From Spirochaetota bacterium (GTDB taxonomy: Bacteria > Spirochaetota > UBA4802 > JAFGDQ01): a stretch of DNA of 64,000 nt. Of the stretch, positions 49,911-60,188 are shown piece after piece. A model generated the notes under the pieces. That model was given only the letters and a program-made list of their open reading frames with translations, was not told the origin of the DNA and ran no database searches. Position numbers and translations under genes: made by a program. Each line of letters opens with the position of its first letter. The stretch's first letter is position 1. The stretch lies in the NCBI GenBank assembly GCA_043803405.1, contig JAZDKB010000019.1, positions 256,001 to 320,000 on the forward strand. Direction: 5' to 3'.

Positions 49911-50915
49911 ATGGAAATTCTAATAAATGGATGTCCATTGAATATTGAATTAAATGATGATTGGACCCTTCACGATGTAATTTCTTTCGTCGCAGACTGG
50001 TCTTATCAAAGAGACCTGATATTTACGGAAGCTGCGGTTAACAATAAGAGTTATGCGATTGATACTTTACCTAATTTCTCGATCCCGGAAGTTAAAACAT
50101 TAAATTGTTTTCTTCAGTCGAAATCCGATGTTGTAATCGATTCTCTTCATATCGGTGTTGATTATTGCACCAGGATACAAAAATTCTTTAAAGAATCAAT
50201 TGCCGCCGGAAAGGTAAATGTTGATGAAATAAAACATATTGTCGGTGGTATTAACTGGATTATTGAAGTAATTACTAAAATATCGGAAATGCTGGGAGTT
50301 GATATATATGAGATCAAGTATAAAGATAATTCGATAGCATTTTATTTTGAAAAGCTTAACGGATTCAAGAAGGATATAACAGATAATAATAATTCTGACT
50401 GGTTAGTTGATTATTTTAAAAAAAACGATGAAATATTTTCCGCTATTAGCGGTGTTTTAAAAATGCTATTAATGAGCGAAAACATGAAAACGCTTGTTAT
50501 CCAAAGCATAGATTCCCCCGATGTTTTATTAAAATCAATTAAGAACATTAAAGGTGAAGTCCCTGCCCAAATAAAAAATCTTGAGGAGATTGCTATCTCA
50601 TATCAGACAAAGAGGGATGATGAAGCTTCCAAAAAGCTTGAAAATTTTATAGATTTTATTTTTGATTACGGCAGGACATGTTATCAGATTGCTCCTGTTT
50701 TTAATATCGATCTGGAATCTATTATTGTGAATGATGTTCCGTTAAGCAAAAGGAATATTGAGCTTCAGGGATTTTTGTTTAATGTAATAAATGCAATGGA
50801 AAATAACGATATCATCAGTCTGTCGGATGTCCTGGAATATGAAATTAAATCCTTACTTGAAAATCTGGGCGGCTATATTGATATTTTAATTGATAATATC
50901 GAGAAAAAAAGTTAA
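49911..50915 (+). CDS. Hypothetical protein downstream of fliD
   Basis: MEILING start (GAGG upstream); C-terminal AMENND...LSDVLEYEI helix motif. Confidence 0.75.
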   Translation: MEILINGCPLNIELNDDWTLHDVISFVADWSYQRDLIFTEAAVNNKSYAIDTLPNFSIPEVKTLNCFLQSKSDVVIDSLHIGVDYCTRIQKFFKESIAAGKVNVDEIKHIVGGINWIIEVITKISEMLGVDIYEIKYKDNSIAFYFEKLNGFKKDITDNNNSDWLVDYFKKNDEIFSAISGVLKMLLMSENMKTLVIQSIDSPDVLLKSIKNIKGEVPAQIKNLEEIAISYQTKRDDEASKKLENFIDFIFDYGRTCYQIAPVFNIDLESIIVNDVPLSKRNIELQGFLFNVINAMENNDIISLSDVLEYEIKSLLENLGGYIDILIDNIEKKS

Positions 50916-51056
50916 TTGATTTAACCGCTTTTATTGCAACACCCTGGCTTTCTTCTGAAAAAAAGAAATTATAAATATATTATTAATATTTTAAGATATG
51001 ATTTATGCAAAAAAGAACCTGTCTTGATTATGTGATTAGATCCGTGAAAATAATAT

Positions 51057-52454
51057 ATGAATCAAAATAAAAAATTATGGGGCGGCAGATTCAGCGAGCC
51101 AACATCAAATATAACAGAGAATATTTCTTCTTCTATACATTTTGATGTAAGATTATATAAACAGGATATTGCCGGTTCCATTGCTCACGCAAAAATGCTG
51201 AACAGGATTGGCGTATTATCTGAGAGCGAACTTCTTGGCATTATTAGCGGACTCAAACAAATATTAAATGAGATCGAATCGGGTTCATTTGAATTTAAAG
51301 CATCTCTTGAAGATATTCACATGAATATCGAATCAAAGTTGACGGAACGGATAGGGGAAGCCGGTAAAAAGCTTCATACCGCAAGGTCGCGAAATGATCA
51401 GATAGCACTTGATCTGCGTTTGTATATACTGGACGAATCTCTTGAAATAGAAAATAAGCTGAAAAGTCTTATAGAGCTTTTAACCGATATTGCTGAAAAG
51501 AATATCGGGGTTATTCTCCCCGGCTATACGCATCTCCAGGTTGCCCAGCCTGTGAGGTTAAGCCATCACATCCTCGTTTATGCATGGCAATTGCTGCGGG
51601 ACATGAGAAGGCTTAAGTATGCTGCCGAAGCCTGCGATGCTATGCCGCTAGGCACAGGCGCGCTTGCCGGAGTGAACTATAAAAACGACCGGGAATTTTT
51701 AAAAAGCGAGCTTGGTTTTTCGGAAATTACCCAAAACTCCATGGATACGGTCAGCGACAGGGACTTTGTTCTTGACTTTTTATATTTTGCTGCTGTTTTA
51801 GGTACGCATTTTTCGCGGCTTTGCGAGGAGCTTGTTCTATGGTCGACTTCCGAGTTTGCTTTTATACGGCTTTCGGATAAAGTTACCACAGGCTCATCAA
51901 TTATGCCTCAGAAAAGAAATCCGGATGTTGCTGAGCTTGTCAGAGGCAAAAGCGGCAGGCTATACGGCAATTTGATGAGTCTGCTTACAACGCTAAAGGG
52001 ATTGCCTTTGACATATAACAGGGATTTGCAGGAAGATAAAGAGCCGTTATTCGATTCCGTTGATACAATTAAGCTCTGTATAGAGGGCGTTTACGAAATG
52101 CTGTCTTCAGTAAAGATAAACGATGAGCGTATGAAGGATGCGCTTTACAGCAATTTCTCCACTGCAACGGACGCTGCCGATTATCTTGTGAAGAAGGGTG
52201 TGCCCTTTAGGGAATCGCATGAAATTGTCGGCAATATTGTGAATTATTGTGAAAAGAACAAGACCGGATTTTTTAATATTCCCGCTGAAATTTTAAAGAA
52301 TTTTTCGCCGCAATTTAGCGAAGATATTAAAGAAATTCTGAATCCGGTGACTTCTACTGAGAGAAAAGAGTCGGCAGGCGGAACATCGACAAAAGAAATA
52401 CAGAAGCAAATCGGACTAATAAAAAAACTTCTCCGGGAGAATTTATTTGGATGA
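51057..52454 (+). CDS. argH: Argininosuccinate lyase
   Basis: KLWGGRF, HTARSRNDQ, GYTHLQ.AQP and TGSSIMPQKRNPD. Confidence 0.97.
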   Translation: MNQNKKLWGGRFSEPTSNITENISSSIHFDVRLYKQDIAGSIAHAKMLNRIGVLSESELLGIISGLKQILNEIESGSFEFKASLEDIHMNIESKLTERIGEAGKKLHTARSRNDQIALDLRLYILDESLEIENKLKSLIELLTDIAEKNIGVILPGYTHLQVAQPVRLSHHILVYAWQLLRDMRRLKYAAEACDAMPLGTGALAGVNYKNDREFLKSELGFSEITQNSMDTVSDRDFVLDFLYFAAVLGTHFSRLCEELVLWSTSEFAFIRLSDKVTTGSSIMPQKRNPDVAELVRGKSGRLYGNLMSLLTTLKGLPLTYNRDLQEDKEPLFDSVDTIKLCIEGVYEMLSSVKINDERMKDALYSNFSTATDAADYLVKKGVPFRESHEIVGNIVNYCEKNKTGFFNIPAEILKNFSPQFSEDIKEILNPVTSTERKESAGGTSTKEIQKQIGLIKKLLRENLFG

Positions 52455-53142
52455 GTTATTAAAAGAATTTAGTATTTTTTCGCCATTGATAGTTCTGGTA
52501 AGGCTTCTTTTCGCAACCTTTGCAGGATTTTTAATTGGCCTTGACAGGGAAAGGCACAGTCAGCCTGCTGGGTTGCGTACTCATATGGTTATTTCTCTGG
52601 GCGCCTGCCTGCTGATGATAATTTCTATTTACATCCCTATCGAATATAATCAGAAAGGATTCAATTCGGATCCAACAAGGCTTGCTGCGCAGGTCATCAG
52701 CGGAATCGGATTTCTGGGAGCAGGAGCGATTTTTAAGTTCGGGTTTAATGTAAAGGGGCTAACAACAGCAGCTTCTATATGGACTACTTCGGGTATAGGG
52801 CTTTGCTTCGGAGCAGGGTATTATTTACTTGGAGGCATATCCACAGCTTTTCTTATTATTATTTTATATGTATTCGATAAACTTGAAGATTTAATCATTG
52901 AACGCCGTAACTGGCGTGTAATTACAGTGGATTTTAATTCAAAAATATTATCTGGCTCGGATATTTTTTCCGTTATAAGAGATTTCGGGATCAGTGTTAA
53001 ACAGCCTTCAATAATAGAAAATCTGGAAACCAAATCTACCGAAGTAATAATTAACTGCAGGATAGAGGAAGATTTCCAGATCAAGGCATTATTTGACAGA
53101 ATAAAATCCTTAGGAAATATTAAAACAGTTAAAATTGATTAA
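52447..53142 (+). CDS. MgtC/SapB family membrane protein
   Basis: IGLDRE....AGLRTH, DPTRLAAQVISGIGFLGAG and GLTTAASIW. Confidence 0.92.
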   Translation: MDELLKEFSIFSPLIVLVRLLFATFAGFLIGLDRERHSQPAGLRTHMVISLGACLLMIISIYIPIEYNQKGFNSDPTRLAAQVISGIGFLGAGAIFKFGFNVKGLTTAASIWTTSGIGLCFGAGYYLLGGISTAFLIIILYVFDKLEDLIIERRNWRVITVDFNSKILSGSDIFSVIRDFGISVKQPSIIENLETKSTEVIINCRIEEDFQIKALFDRIKSLGNIKTVKID

Positions 53143-53169
53143 AAATAAATTCCTGCTTGTTGAATCCGG

Positions 53170-54804
53170 TTATTCCTTTATCTTATAAATTTTTATTTTC
53201 TGTATCTCATCCGTAAAATAATAATTATCTTTAATATATTTTTCAATTTTCGGAGTTGGTTTATAATGAAACGTTGAAAGACCGTTTCCAGAAGTGTCTG
53301 CAAAAAGCACAGGCTTTTTTAAGCGCATATTATTAATAAAATCATTTTCCATTGCTTCTGCATTTTTTATTGAATCATTGTCTGCTTTATCGTAAAGACT
53401 GCTGATAACAAATATAGTCGTCTTTGGCCACAAATGGTTGATTCCCATTCTCCTCCCGGAAAAGTAATATAAATATGGTCCGTCGCCCCATACGAAAATT
53501 CTGTCTCCGGGCTTTGTAATAGTGCGGATGTATGCGCAGGCGTCTTTGTAGGATGCTTCCGGAAGAAGATAATCGTTGAATGTGCCGATGAGCGCAGCAC
53601 GCATCCAGTACATCGTTCTCCCTTCGTTGTAAAATGCCTGCTGAAAATAATGTTTAATGAGAATATCTTTTGTGTTCCATGCGATAAAAAAAACTGTCGG
53701 AATTAAAATTAGTATTGTGATTTTATCTTTAATTTTTTTTATTGCAGGAAAATTCACTTCATTAAGCGAATAAGCGCCTGTAATGCACAGGGCAGGGTAG
53801 ACTGATATAAAGTAATGAAAATATAATCTTGATCCGCCTGCGAATATCAGTAAATAGGTAATTATAAATAATACTGCGGAAGCAGAAACAAGGAGGGATT
53901 CATTTCTAAATTTATTTTTAATGAACAGAAATAGAAATACGAATGCCGATATCCACACCGCGAAGTGCCATAATGAAAGCATGAGCTGCCTGTGGATATA
54001 TTTTGCAGAAAAGACAAGCGGACTAAAGCCCTGTACCGAGCTGTATGTTAACTTGCCTGCGGCATCTGTTAAAAGTCTTTGCGCAAAGATGTGCGTTACG
54101 AAATAATCCAGAACTGAAAGTGAGATAAGTGCTGCAATGACCGATAACAATGCAGAGAAATATTTTAGCGTAAATTTCTTTTTATAATACGGCACGTAAA
54201 TTATAAGCATAAATGCCATGAAAATAAAAAATATAAGGCCGTGGAATTTTACATAAGCAGCGCAAACGCCCATTACCGTACTTAGACAAAGAAATATAAA
54301 TCGTTTCCCTGTTTTATATTGTTCATCAAGAAACAGAATAAAGAAATAGAATCCTGCTGAAACCGGAAGATTGTAAACGATTTCGCCGTTTGTAGCCATG
54401 AAATGCCGGTTGAATGAAGAGATTAAGACAGCATAAAGCAGGGAAGCCAGCGCTCCTGTTTTAAAGCCGTTTATTTTATCGCCTGTTGAATAAATAAAAA
54501 TTGCTGTTAAGAAGATAATGAAAACAGTAAACACGTGCACAAGCACCCAGCCGTTTTGCGGCATTAAAAAATAAGCTGCTTTAAAGATCGCGTGGTAAAG
54601 CGGGAGTTTGCTCTCGGTAAAATCTTTTCCAGGGACATCGCCTGCCATGTATTCGTGGGTCTGTACAATAGCTGCCAGCTCGTCTACGTCATAGAAGTCG
54701 TTAAATAGTGTGGGCAGACGGCATAACAAGGTTGCTGCAAAAAGAATCAGCAGAAATAGATATTTTTTCTGCTCGAGCTTATTGATGAATGTTAACAGAT
54801 GCAT
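53170..54804 (-). CDS. GT-C fold membrane glycosyltransferase (ArnT/PMT-like)
   Basis: DVDE acidic loop after TM1, KLPL, many TM helices, Y.HYF and IFVWG. Confidence 0.75.
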   Translation of the reverse strand: MHLLTFINKLEQKKYLFLLILFAATLLCRLPTLFNDFYDVDELAAIVQTHEYMAGDVPGKDFTESKLPLYHAIFKAAYFLMPQNGWVLVHVFTVFIIFLTAIFIYSTGDKINGFKTGALASLLYAVLISSFNRHFMATNGEIVYNLPVSAGFYFFILFLDEQYKTGKRFIFLCLSTVMGVCAAYVKFHGLIFFIFMAFMLIIYVPYYKKKFTLKYFSALLSVIAALISLSVLDYFVTHIFAQRLLTDAAGKLTYSSVQGFSPLVFSAKYIHRQLMLSLWHFAVWISAFVFLFLFIKNKFRNESLLVSASAVLFIITYLLIFAGGSRLYFHYFISVYPALCITGAYSLNEVNFPAIKKIKDKITILILIPTVFFIAWNTKDILIKHYFQQAFYNEGRTMYWMRAALIGTFNDYLLPEASYKDACAYIRTITKPGDRIFVWGDGPYLYYFSGRRMGINHLWPKTTIFVISSLYDKADNDSIKNAEAMENDFINNMRLKKPVLFADTSGNGLSTFHYKPTPKIEKYIKDNYYFTDEIQKIKIYKIKE

Positions 54805-54925
54805 ATTTATTTGTGCCTTTTTGCTGATCTTTGCATTGTTTGTGGCCTTTATGTTAATTTGAAATAAAGAATAAAAAGTATATTTGTTTGCCGGAGCTGA
54901 ATTATAAGCCTGTTACACTGTGCTT

Positions 54926-55615
54926 CTATATTGCTTTTCCCGCGATAAATTCCGCCAGCTCAAGATCGAATGCATTTGTAATTTTAATATTGCGTGAATC
55001 GCCTTCAACGATCTTAACTTTAAATCCGGCGTTCAGGACAAGCTGCACATCATCGGTCGGATTGTGAAGGCCGTTAGAAATCGCGAGTTCATGAGCTTTT
55101 TTAATAATGTTGTAACGAAAGGCCTGCGGTGTCTGCGTATAGTATAGTTTATCGCGGTCTGGAATATACCGAACAAAGCCTTCGTTTATCTTAGCAATTG
55201 TATCGGTTGCTTTCAGATAAACACCAGAAGCGCCGTGTGCATCGGCTTCTTTAATGCATAGTTCTATTGTTTGTGTTTCGATAAAAGGCCTTGCTGCATC
55301 ATGAAAGACAAGGATGTCGTCATTATGAAAGTCCATGCATGTAATTGCGTTGTACGAAGAGCCCTGTCTTGTTTCTCCGCCCTTGATTATTTTTATGATA
55401 TTTTGAACCGCAAATTCTTTAATTAACTTGCCGGTATAATCGATAAAATCTTCCGGCACTGTAATTATTATACCCGTTATTTGCGGCAGAACAAATCTTT
55501 CGATAGTACGAATAATGACGGGTTTATTTTTTATTTTTATAAATTGCTTTGGAGTATCCTGCCCCATGCGTTTCCCGATGCCGCCCGCCAGGATTATTGC
55601 ATAAATATTTGACAT
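54926..55615 (-). CDS. ispD: 2-C-methyl-D-erythritol 4-phosphate cytidylyltransferase (IspD/TarI family)
   Basis: ILAGGIGKRM...PKQF, GGETRQ.S, HDAARPF, QTPQAF, TDD and NIKIT. Confidence 0.88.
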   Translation of the reverse strand: MSNIYAIILAGGIGKRMGQDTPKQFIKIKNKPVIIRTIERFVLPQITGIIITVPEDFIDYTGKLIKEFAVQNIIKIIKGGETRQGSSYNAITCMDFHNDDILVFHDAARPFIETQTIELCIKEADAHGASGVYLKATDTIAKINEGFVRYIPDRDKLYYTQTPQAFRYNIIKKAHELAISNGLHNPTDDVQLVLNAGFKVKIVEGDSRNIKITNAFDLELAEFIAGKAI

Positions 55616-55673
55616 TTACTTAACCATGAACTTTTATATCATAATTAAATACAGATAATATATTTGCAGTTTT

Positions 55674-56504
55674 TTATTTCCAGGTGATCCTGGGTTTTCT
55701 GCGCTGAGGCAAACGATAGTAACGTGGGACAGGGTATCCCAGCATCATCGGGTAATGATGTATGCGGTCTTCTGCAAGCCCGAGCGATTTGAAAGCAGAC
55801 GGCCAGTTCTTAAGAGCATTCTCAAGCAGGCCTGCCCAGCATGTGCCCAGTCCGAACAATGGAGCCGATAACTCCAGATAAGATAAAGCAAGCGATATAT
55901 CCACCATTCCGTAGACTACATCTTTCGGCGCTGATATTATAATCAGAGCAGGTGCATCCCTGAGAATCATGTCTTTCCCTGCTTCCCATGCTTCAACGAT
56001 GAGAGGATAATATGGCGCGCTCGGCACCCCGTTATGTTTTTTTATGTCGTCGCGTATCCAGTCTACTGCAAATCCGGACAAAGCCTTCATTTCGGCCTTA
56101 TCCGTGTAAACCAGCCATTCCAGGCGCTGCGCATTCCTTGCTGTCGGTGCGTATTTTGCAATCTCGATCAGCTGCTCTATTTTTTCTTTCTCCACAGCTT
56201 TGTCTTTAAAACGTCTAATGGAGCGTCTTGACCTTAGGAATTGTATTGCCTGATCTTTGTTTATAGCAAGTTTATCGTCGATTAAAGGAGACTCTTCTAT
56301 AGGGACATTCGTATGGCTGATTGCATCATGGGGACACACTGCGACGCAATGTCCGCATGAATTGCATATTTTTTCAGCATTGGGTATCAGCTTCGGATAA
56401 CCGTTCTCCTTATCCGTTTCAATCAAGTTGAATGGGCATTCGTCAATGCAAAGCATGTCTTTTTTACATTTTGTCCGGTCAATGATCAGATAATCTTCTT
56501 TCAT
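55674..56504 (-). CDS. Nitroreductase with N-terminal 4Fe-4S ferredoxin domain
   Basis: CxxDxxCxxxCP and CxxCxxCxxxCP, SRRSIRRF, APTA.N.Q and GLGTCWAG. Confidence 0.9.
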   Translation of the reverse strand: MKEDYLIIDRTKCKKDMLCIDECPFNLIETDKENGYPKLIPNAEKICNSCGHCVAVCPHDAISHTNVPIEESPLIDDKLAINKDQAIQFLRSRRSIRRFKDKAVEKEKIEQLIEIAKYAPTARNAQRLEWLVYTDKAEMKALSGFAVDWIRDDIKKHNGVPSAPYYPLIVEAWEAGKDMILRDAPALIIISAPKDVVYGMVDISLALSYLELSAPLFGLGTCWAGLLENALKNWPSAFKSLGLAEDRIHHYPMMLGYPVPRYYRLPQRRKPRITWK

Positions 56505-56635
56505 TTTGTTAATAGCATATAAAGTGAACTGGAAATAATAAAAAATTAAACAGACTAAATACTAATTCAATATTAAAATATTATTGTGAATTATATTAAA
56601 ACTAGTCAAGGAGTAATTAAACGCAATTGAAATAT

Positions 56636-56843
56636 TTAGAACTCATCTCGAAAATATATTCCTACACAAGATAGCTGATTTTAAATTGAAATACATAACA
56701 AAATTTTCTGCGGAATCAGGCCTTCAAAGAAAATTTTTCAAGTTTTTAAGGGTTATTGCTTCAGGCCTGAAAGGCGTCCTCAAAAATTTGGTTATGTATT
56801 TCAATATATCATATATAAAACTTAATTTTGAGATGAATTCTAA
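56636..56843. repeat. ~200-bp nested palindromic MITE-like element, subfamily A copy 2
   Basis: Ends TTAGAACTCATCTC/GAGATGAATTCTAA; inner inverted repeat 56685-56707/56783-56805 (22/23). Confidence 0.88.
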
Positions 56844-56983
56844 TCCATTAAGTCTATAAATATTATTACTGCAGGTTTGCATAGCGGATAATTTCTTCTA
56901 AAAAATCGCTTTACTATTGAACATGTATAAATAATTTATAACAATACATTATTAAACAAAATATTTTCAAGGAAAATTAAATT

Positions 56984-57856
56984 ATGAAGGGAATAATTCT
57001 GGCCGGGGGCGCAGGCACAAGGCTTTATCCGATAACACATGTTGTCTGCAAACAGCTTCTTCCTGTGTATGATAAACCTATGATATATTATCCGCTGTCG
57101 ACTCTTATGCTGGCAGGCATCAGGGATATACTTATTATTTCAACTCCTGAAGACCTTCCGAAGATAAAAAATCTGCTGGGGAACGGGAGCAATCTTGGAC
57201 TTTCTCTGCATTATAAGGTTCAGGAAGTCCCGCGCGGTCTTGCGGACGCGTTTATTGTAGGCGAGGAATTTGCCGGCAATGACAAAATTTGCCTTATACT
57301 CGGCGATAACATATTCTACGGCCACGGCCTGCCGGAGATTATGAAGGAAGCGGGTTCGCACGAAAAAGGAGCAACTGTTTTCGGGTATTATGTGAGCGAC
57401 CCTGAGAGATACGGAGTTGTGGATTTTGATGACAAGGGCAATGTGCTTTCGCTTGAAGAGAAGCCTGCGACACCGAAATCCAATTATGCTGTTGTTGGTT
57501 TATATTTTTACGACAATACTGTTGTCCGGAAAGCGAAAGCTTTAAAGCCTTCAAAAAGAGGGGAGATTGAGATAACGGATTTAAACAATGTGTATTTGAA
57601 GGAAAATCAGCTTCGCGTAAAACTTATGGGACGCGGATTTGCCTGGCTCGATACTGGCACTCATTCATCCATGATAGATGCTGCTTTATATGTTAAGACA
57701 ATCGAGGACAGGCAGGGACTTAAGATTTCGTGTATTGAAGAGATCGCGTATACTATGGGATTTATTGATGCCGACCAGCTGAGAAAAATAGCGGAACCTT
57801 TAAGAAAGTCCGGATACGGCGAATATCTTTTGAAAATACTGGAGATGAAAAAGTAA
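56984..57856 (+). CDS. rfbA: Glucose-1-phosphate thymidylyltransferase
   Basis: [34 protein letters not shown] and WLDTGT. Confidence 0.96.
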   Translation: MKGIILAGGAGTRLYPITHVVCKQLLPVYDKPMIYYPLSTLMLAGIRDILIISTPEDLPKIKNLLGNGSNLGLSLHYKVQEVPRGLADAFIVGEEFAGNDKICLILGDNIFYGHGLPEIMKEAGSHEKGATVFGYYVSDPERYGVVDFDDKGNVLSLEEKPATPKSNYAVVGLYFYDNTVVRKAKALKPSKRGEIEITDLNNVYLKENQLRVKLMGRGFAWLDTGTHSSMIDAALYVKTIEDRQGLKISCIEEIAYTMGFIDADQLRKIAEPLRKSGYGEYLLKILEMKK

Positions 57857-58405
57857 ATGCCGTTTAATTTTATTAAACAGAATATTAGCGGCCTTGTGCT
57901 GGTTGAGCCTAAAGTGTTTGCCGATGAGAGGGGCTTTTTTGTTGAGTCGTACAAAAGGTCCGAGTTTGCAGCCAACGGTATAGACAGCAGCTTTTTACAG
58001 GATAATCATTCGCTTTCAAAAAAGAATGTGTTACGCGGTCTGCATTATCAGCACAGCCCGCATGCGCAAGGCAAGCTTGTTAAGGTTATTAAGGGTGCTG
58101 TGTGGGATGTTGCCGTAGATATTCGCAGGAGTTCGCCGACATTCTTAAAGTGGCTGGCTTATGAGCTTTCGGAGGATAACAGGAGCATGCTTTACATTCC
58201 CCCGGGCTTTGCGCACGGCTTCCTGGCGCTCACGGACGATGTGCATCTTACATATAAATGCACAGAGGAATACGATATGAAGCTCGACGCTGGCATCCGC
58301 TGGGATGATCCGGACATTGCAGTAAAATGGCCGGTTGCCAGACCGGTCGTTTCTGCAAAGGACGCGGTTCTGCCTTTGCTTAAGGATGCAAAGGTTTTTG
58401 ACTGA
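57857..58405 (+). CDS. rfbC: dTDP-4-dehydrorhamnose 3,5-epimerase
   Basis: DERGFF, QDNHS, LRGLHYQ, QGKLV, DVAVDIR and PGFAHGF. Confidence 0.96.
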   Translation: MPFNFIKQNISGLVLVEPKVFADERGFFVESYKRSEFAANGIDSSFLQDNHSLSKKNVLRGLHYQHSPHAQGKLVKVIKGAVWDVAVDIRRSSPTFLKWLAYELSEDNRSMLYIPPGFAHGFLALTDDVHLTYKCTEEYDMKLDAGIRWDDPDIAVKWPVARPVVSAKDAVLPLLKDAKVFD

Positions 58406-58542
58406 AGGCAGGGGATTTATAAAATCCTTGCGTTATATTTAAATATGTTATATAATCCGGTCAACATGCCTGCTACACTATTTAAAGAATATGTATAATC
58501 ACAACACATTATTTTAATCAATAGAGCCAAGGGGTTATACTC

Positions 58543-58704
58543 ATGAGAGCAATAAAAAAAGTTACGTACGTTCAAAACAGCACTCTTATAATTGACGGCC
58601 TGGATTCGCTAAATTATAAAGAAGTTGAAGTTATAATAGTGCCTTTAACTGATAAAGAACCCGTAATAAATACGGGAAACAGTTTTCCTTCTCGCAGAAA
58701 ATAA
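58543..58704 (+). CDS. 53-aa small protein, antitoxin-like (MRAIKK...KEVEVIIVP)
   Basis: Manual translation; SD AAGGGG; below the ORF-track length cutoff. Confidence 0.45.
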   Translation: MRAIKKVTYVQNSTLIIDGLDSLNYKEVEVIIVPLTDKEPVINTGNSFPSRRK

Positions 58705-58867
58705 TATGTTTAAATCTTTTTCTCTATCTTCCTGAAATTAGATTTTTTTAAAAAAAACATATAAAATTCAATTGACTTTTTAAATGCCTTTTACCGAAGC
58801 TAGTATTTATCGTCCTCCATGCTAATTGATGGAGAATTATATATAATTAATAAGAGAGGGAATAATA

Positions 58868-60025
58868 ATGGATTTTTCATTAACAGAAGAACAACAAATG
58901 CTGCAAGACATGGCGCGTAAATTCGCAAAAAACGAAATCGCTCCATTTGTCGAAGAGGATGAAGAGAATCATTTCTATCGCAGGGAAATCCTTACCAAGA
59001 TGGGGGAACTTGGACTATTGGGATTCAACATTCCTGAAGAATACGGCGGAAACGGAATGGGATGGATGGAAGGAGTTATAGCCCTTTACGAAATCTCCAA
59101 AGTTCACACATCATGGAGACTCAGTGTCAGCGGCAATACATGGGGACCGGCTCTCACCATTAATCAGTATGGCACCAAAGAGCAGAAAGAAAAATATATT
59201 CCAAAACTAGTAAGCGGCGAAGCAGTTGGAAGTTTTGCAATTACCGAAGCCGACACTGGTTCAGACGTTGCCAGCATGAAGACTTTCGCAGAAGATAAAG
59301 GCGACCACTTTGTAATAAACGGCTCCAAAATGTGGATATCCGGCGGTCACACATGCGATTACGGACTGCTTTATGCTGTAACAACAAAAGGCGCTGGAGT
59401 TAAAGGTTTATCCGCTTTTGTAATTGATTACAACAATACTAAGGGCATTACTAGGATTCCGATCACTAAAAAAGTAGGCATGTGGCCGGCTCCAACTTCA
59501 GAATTAGTTTTTGAAAATGCCATAGTTCCCAAAGAAAACCTATTGGGACCCCTGAACCAGGGTTTCTTTGTATGCATGTGGCAGTTAAACAACACCCGTA
59601 TGGGCTGCGCAACCGGCGGAGCCTCACTCTCAGCAGCAGCTCTTGAAGGCGCGGTTCAGTACGCAAACGATCGTAAGCAATTCGGTCAGCCTATTGGCAA
59701 ATTCCAGATGGTTCAGGCACAGATAGCTGAAATGAAACTGGAAGATGAAGCAGCTAAATTCATGCTTTATCACGCAGCATGGCTGAAAGATAATAAACTG
59801 CCGAGCCAGCAGGCCACTTCGATGTCAAAGCTGTTCAGTTGCCAGGCCGCTGTTCATGGTGCCAATCTGGCCATGAAGATTTACGGTTCTTACGGCTATT
59901 CAACTGAATATCCCTGCGGAAGATGGCTGCGCGATGCAAAACAGTTTGAAACCCTTGAAGGGACATCAAACATCCATATGGGAATTGTTGCTAATATTGA
60001 ACTTGGATTTCAGCCTAATCGTTAG
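58868..60025 (+). CDS. Acyl-CoA dehydrogenase (resembles the non-decarboxylating glutaryl-CoA dehydrogenase group)
   Basis: PEEYGG, FAITE...GSD, NGSKMWIS, RKQFG.PI..FQ, GYSTEYP and EGTSNI. Confidence 0.9.
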   Translation: MDFSLTEEQQMLQDMARKFAKNEIAPFVEEDEENHFYRREILTKMGELGLLGFNIPEEYGGNGMGWMEGVIALYEISKVHTSWRLSVSGNTWGPALTINQYGTKEQKEKYIPKLVSGEAVGSFAITEADTGSDVASMKTFAEDKGDHFVINGSKMWISGGHTCDYGLLYAVTTKGAGVKGLSAFVIDYNNTKGITRIPITKKVGMWPAPTSELVFENAIVPKENLLGPLNQGFFVCMWQLNNTRMGCATGGASLSAAALEGAVQYANDRKQFGQPIGKFQMVQAQIAEMKLEDEAAKFMLYHAAWLKDNKLPSQQATSMSKLFSCQAAVHGANLAMKIYGSYGYSTEYPCGRWLRDAKQFETLEGTSNIHMGIVANIELGFQPNR

Positions 60026-60097
60026 TATAAGCAGTCTTTATGCTGCGTTTTTATAATTCAGCATATTGCAATATAATCAGGTAAGTTTTTGCTTCGG

Positions 60098-60131
60098 ATA
60101 CCCCGACAATGCTGTCGGGGTATTTTGTTTT
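60098..60131 (+). terminator. Intrinsic terminator after the acyl-CoA dehydrogenase
   Basis: ATACCCCGACA-ATGC-TGTCGGGGTAT followed by a T-rich tail. Confidence 0.8.
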
Positions 60132-60188
60132 TTATGCATGATATGCTTTTTTTACTTGCTGATTTTTCCACAAAGTCAATGTTATGCT

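Noticed and set aside
60066..60188. N-terminal extension of the Dus ORF
   Set aside because: It spans an intrinsic terminator; family similarity begins near FAPM.
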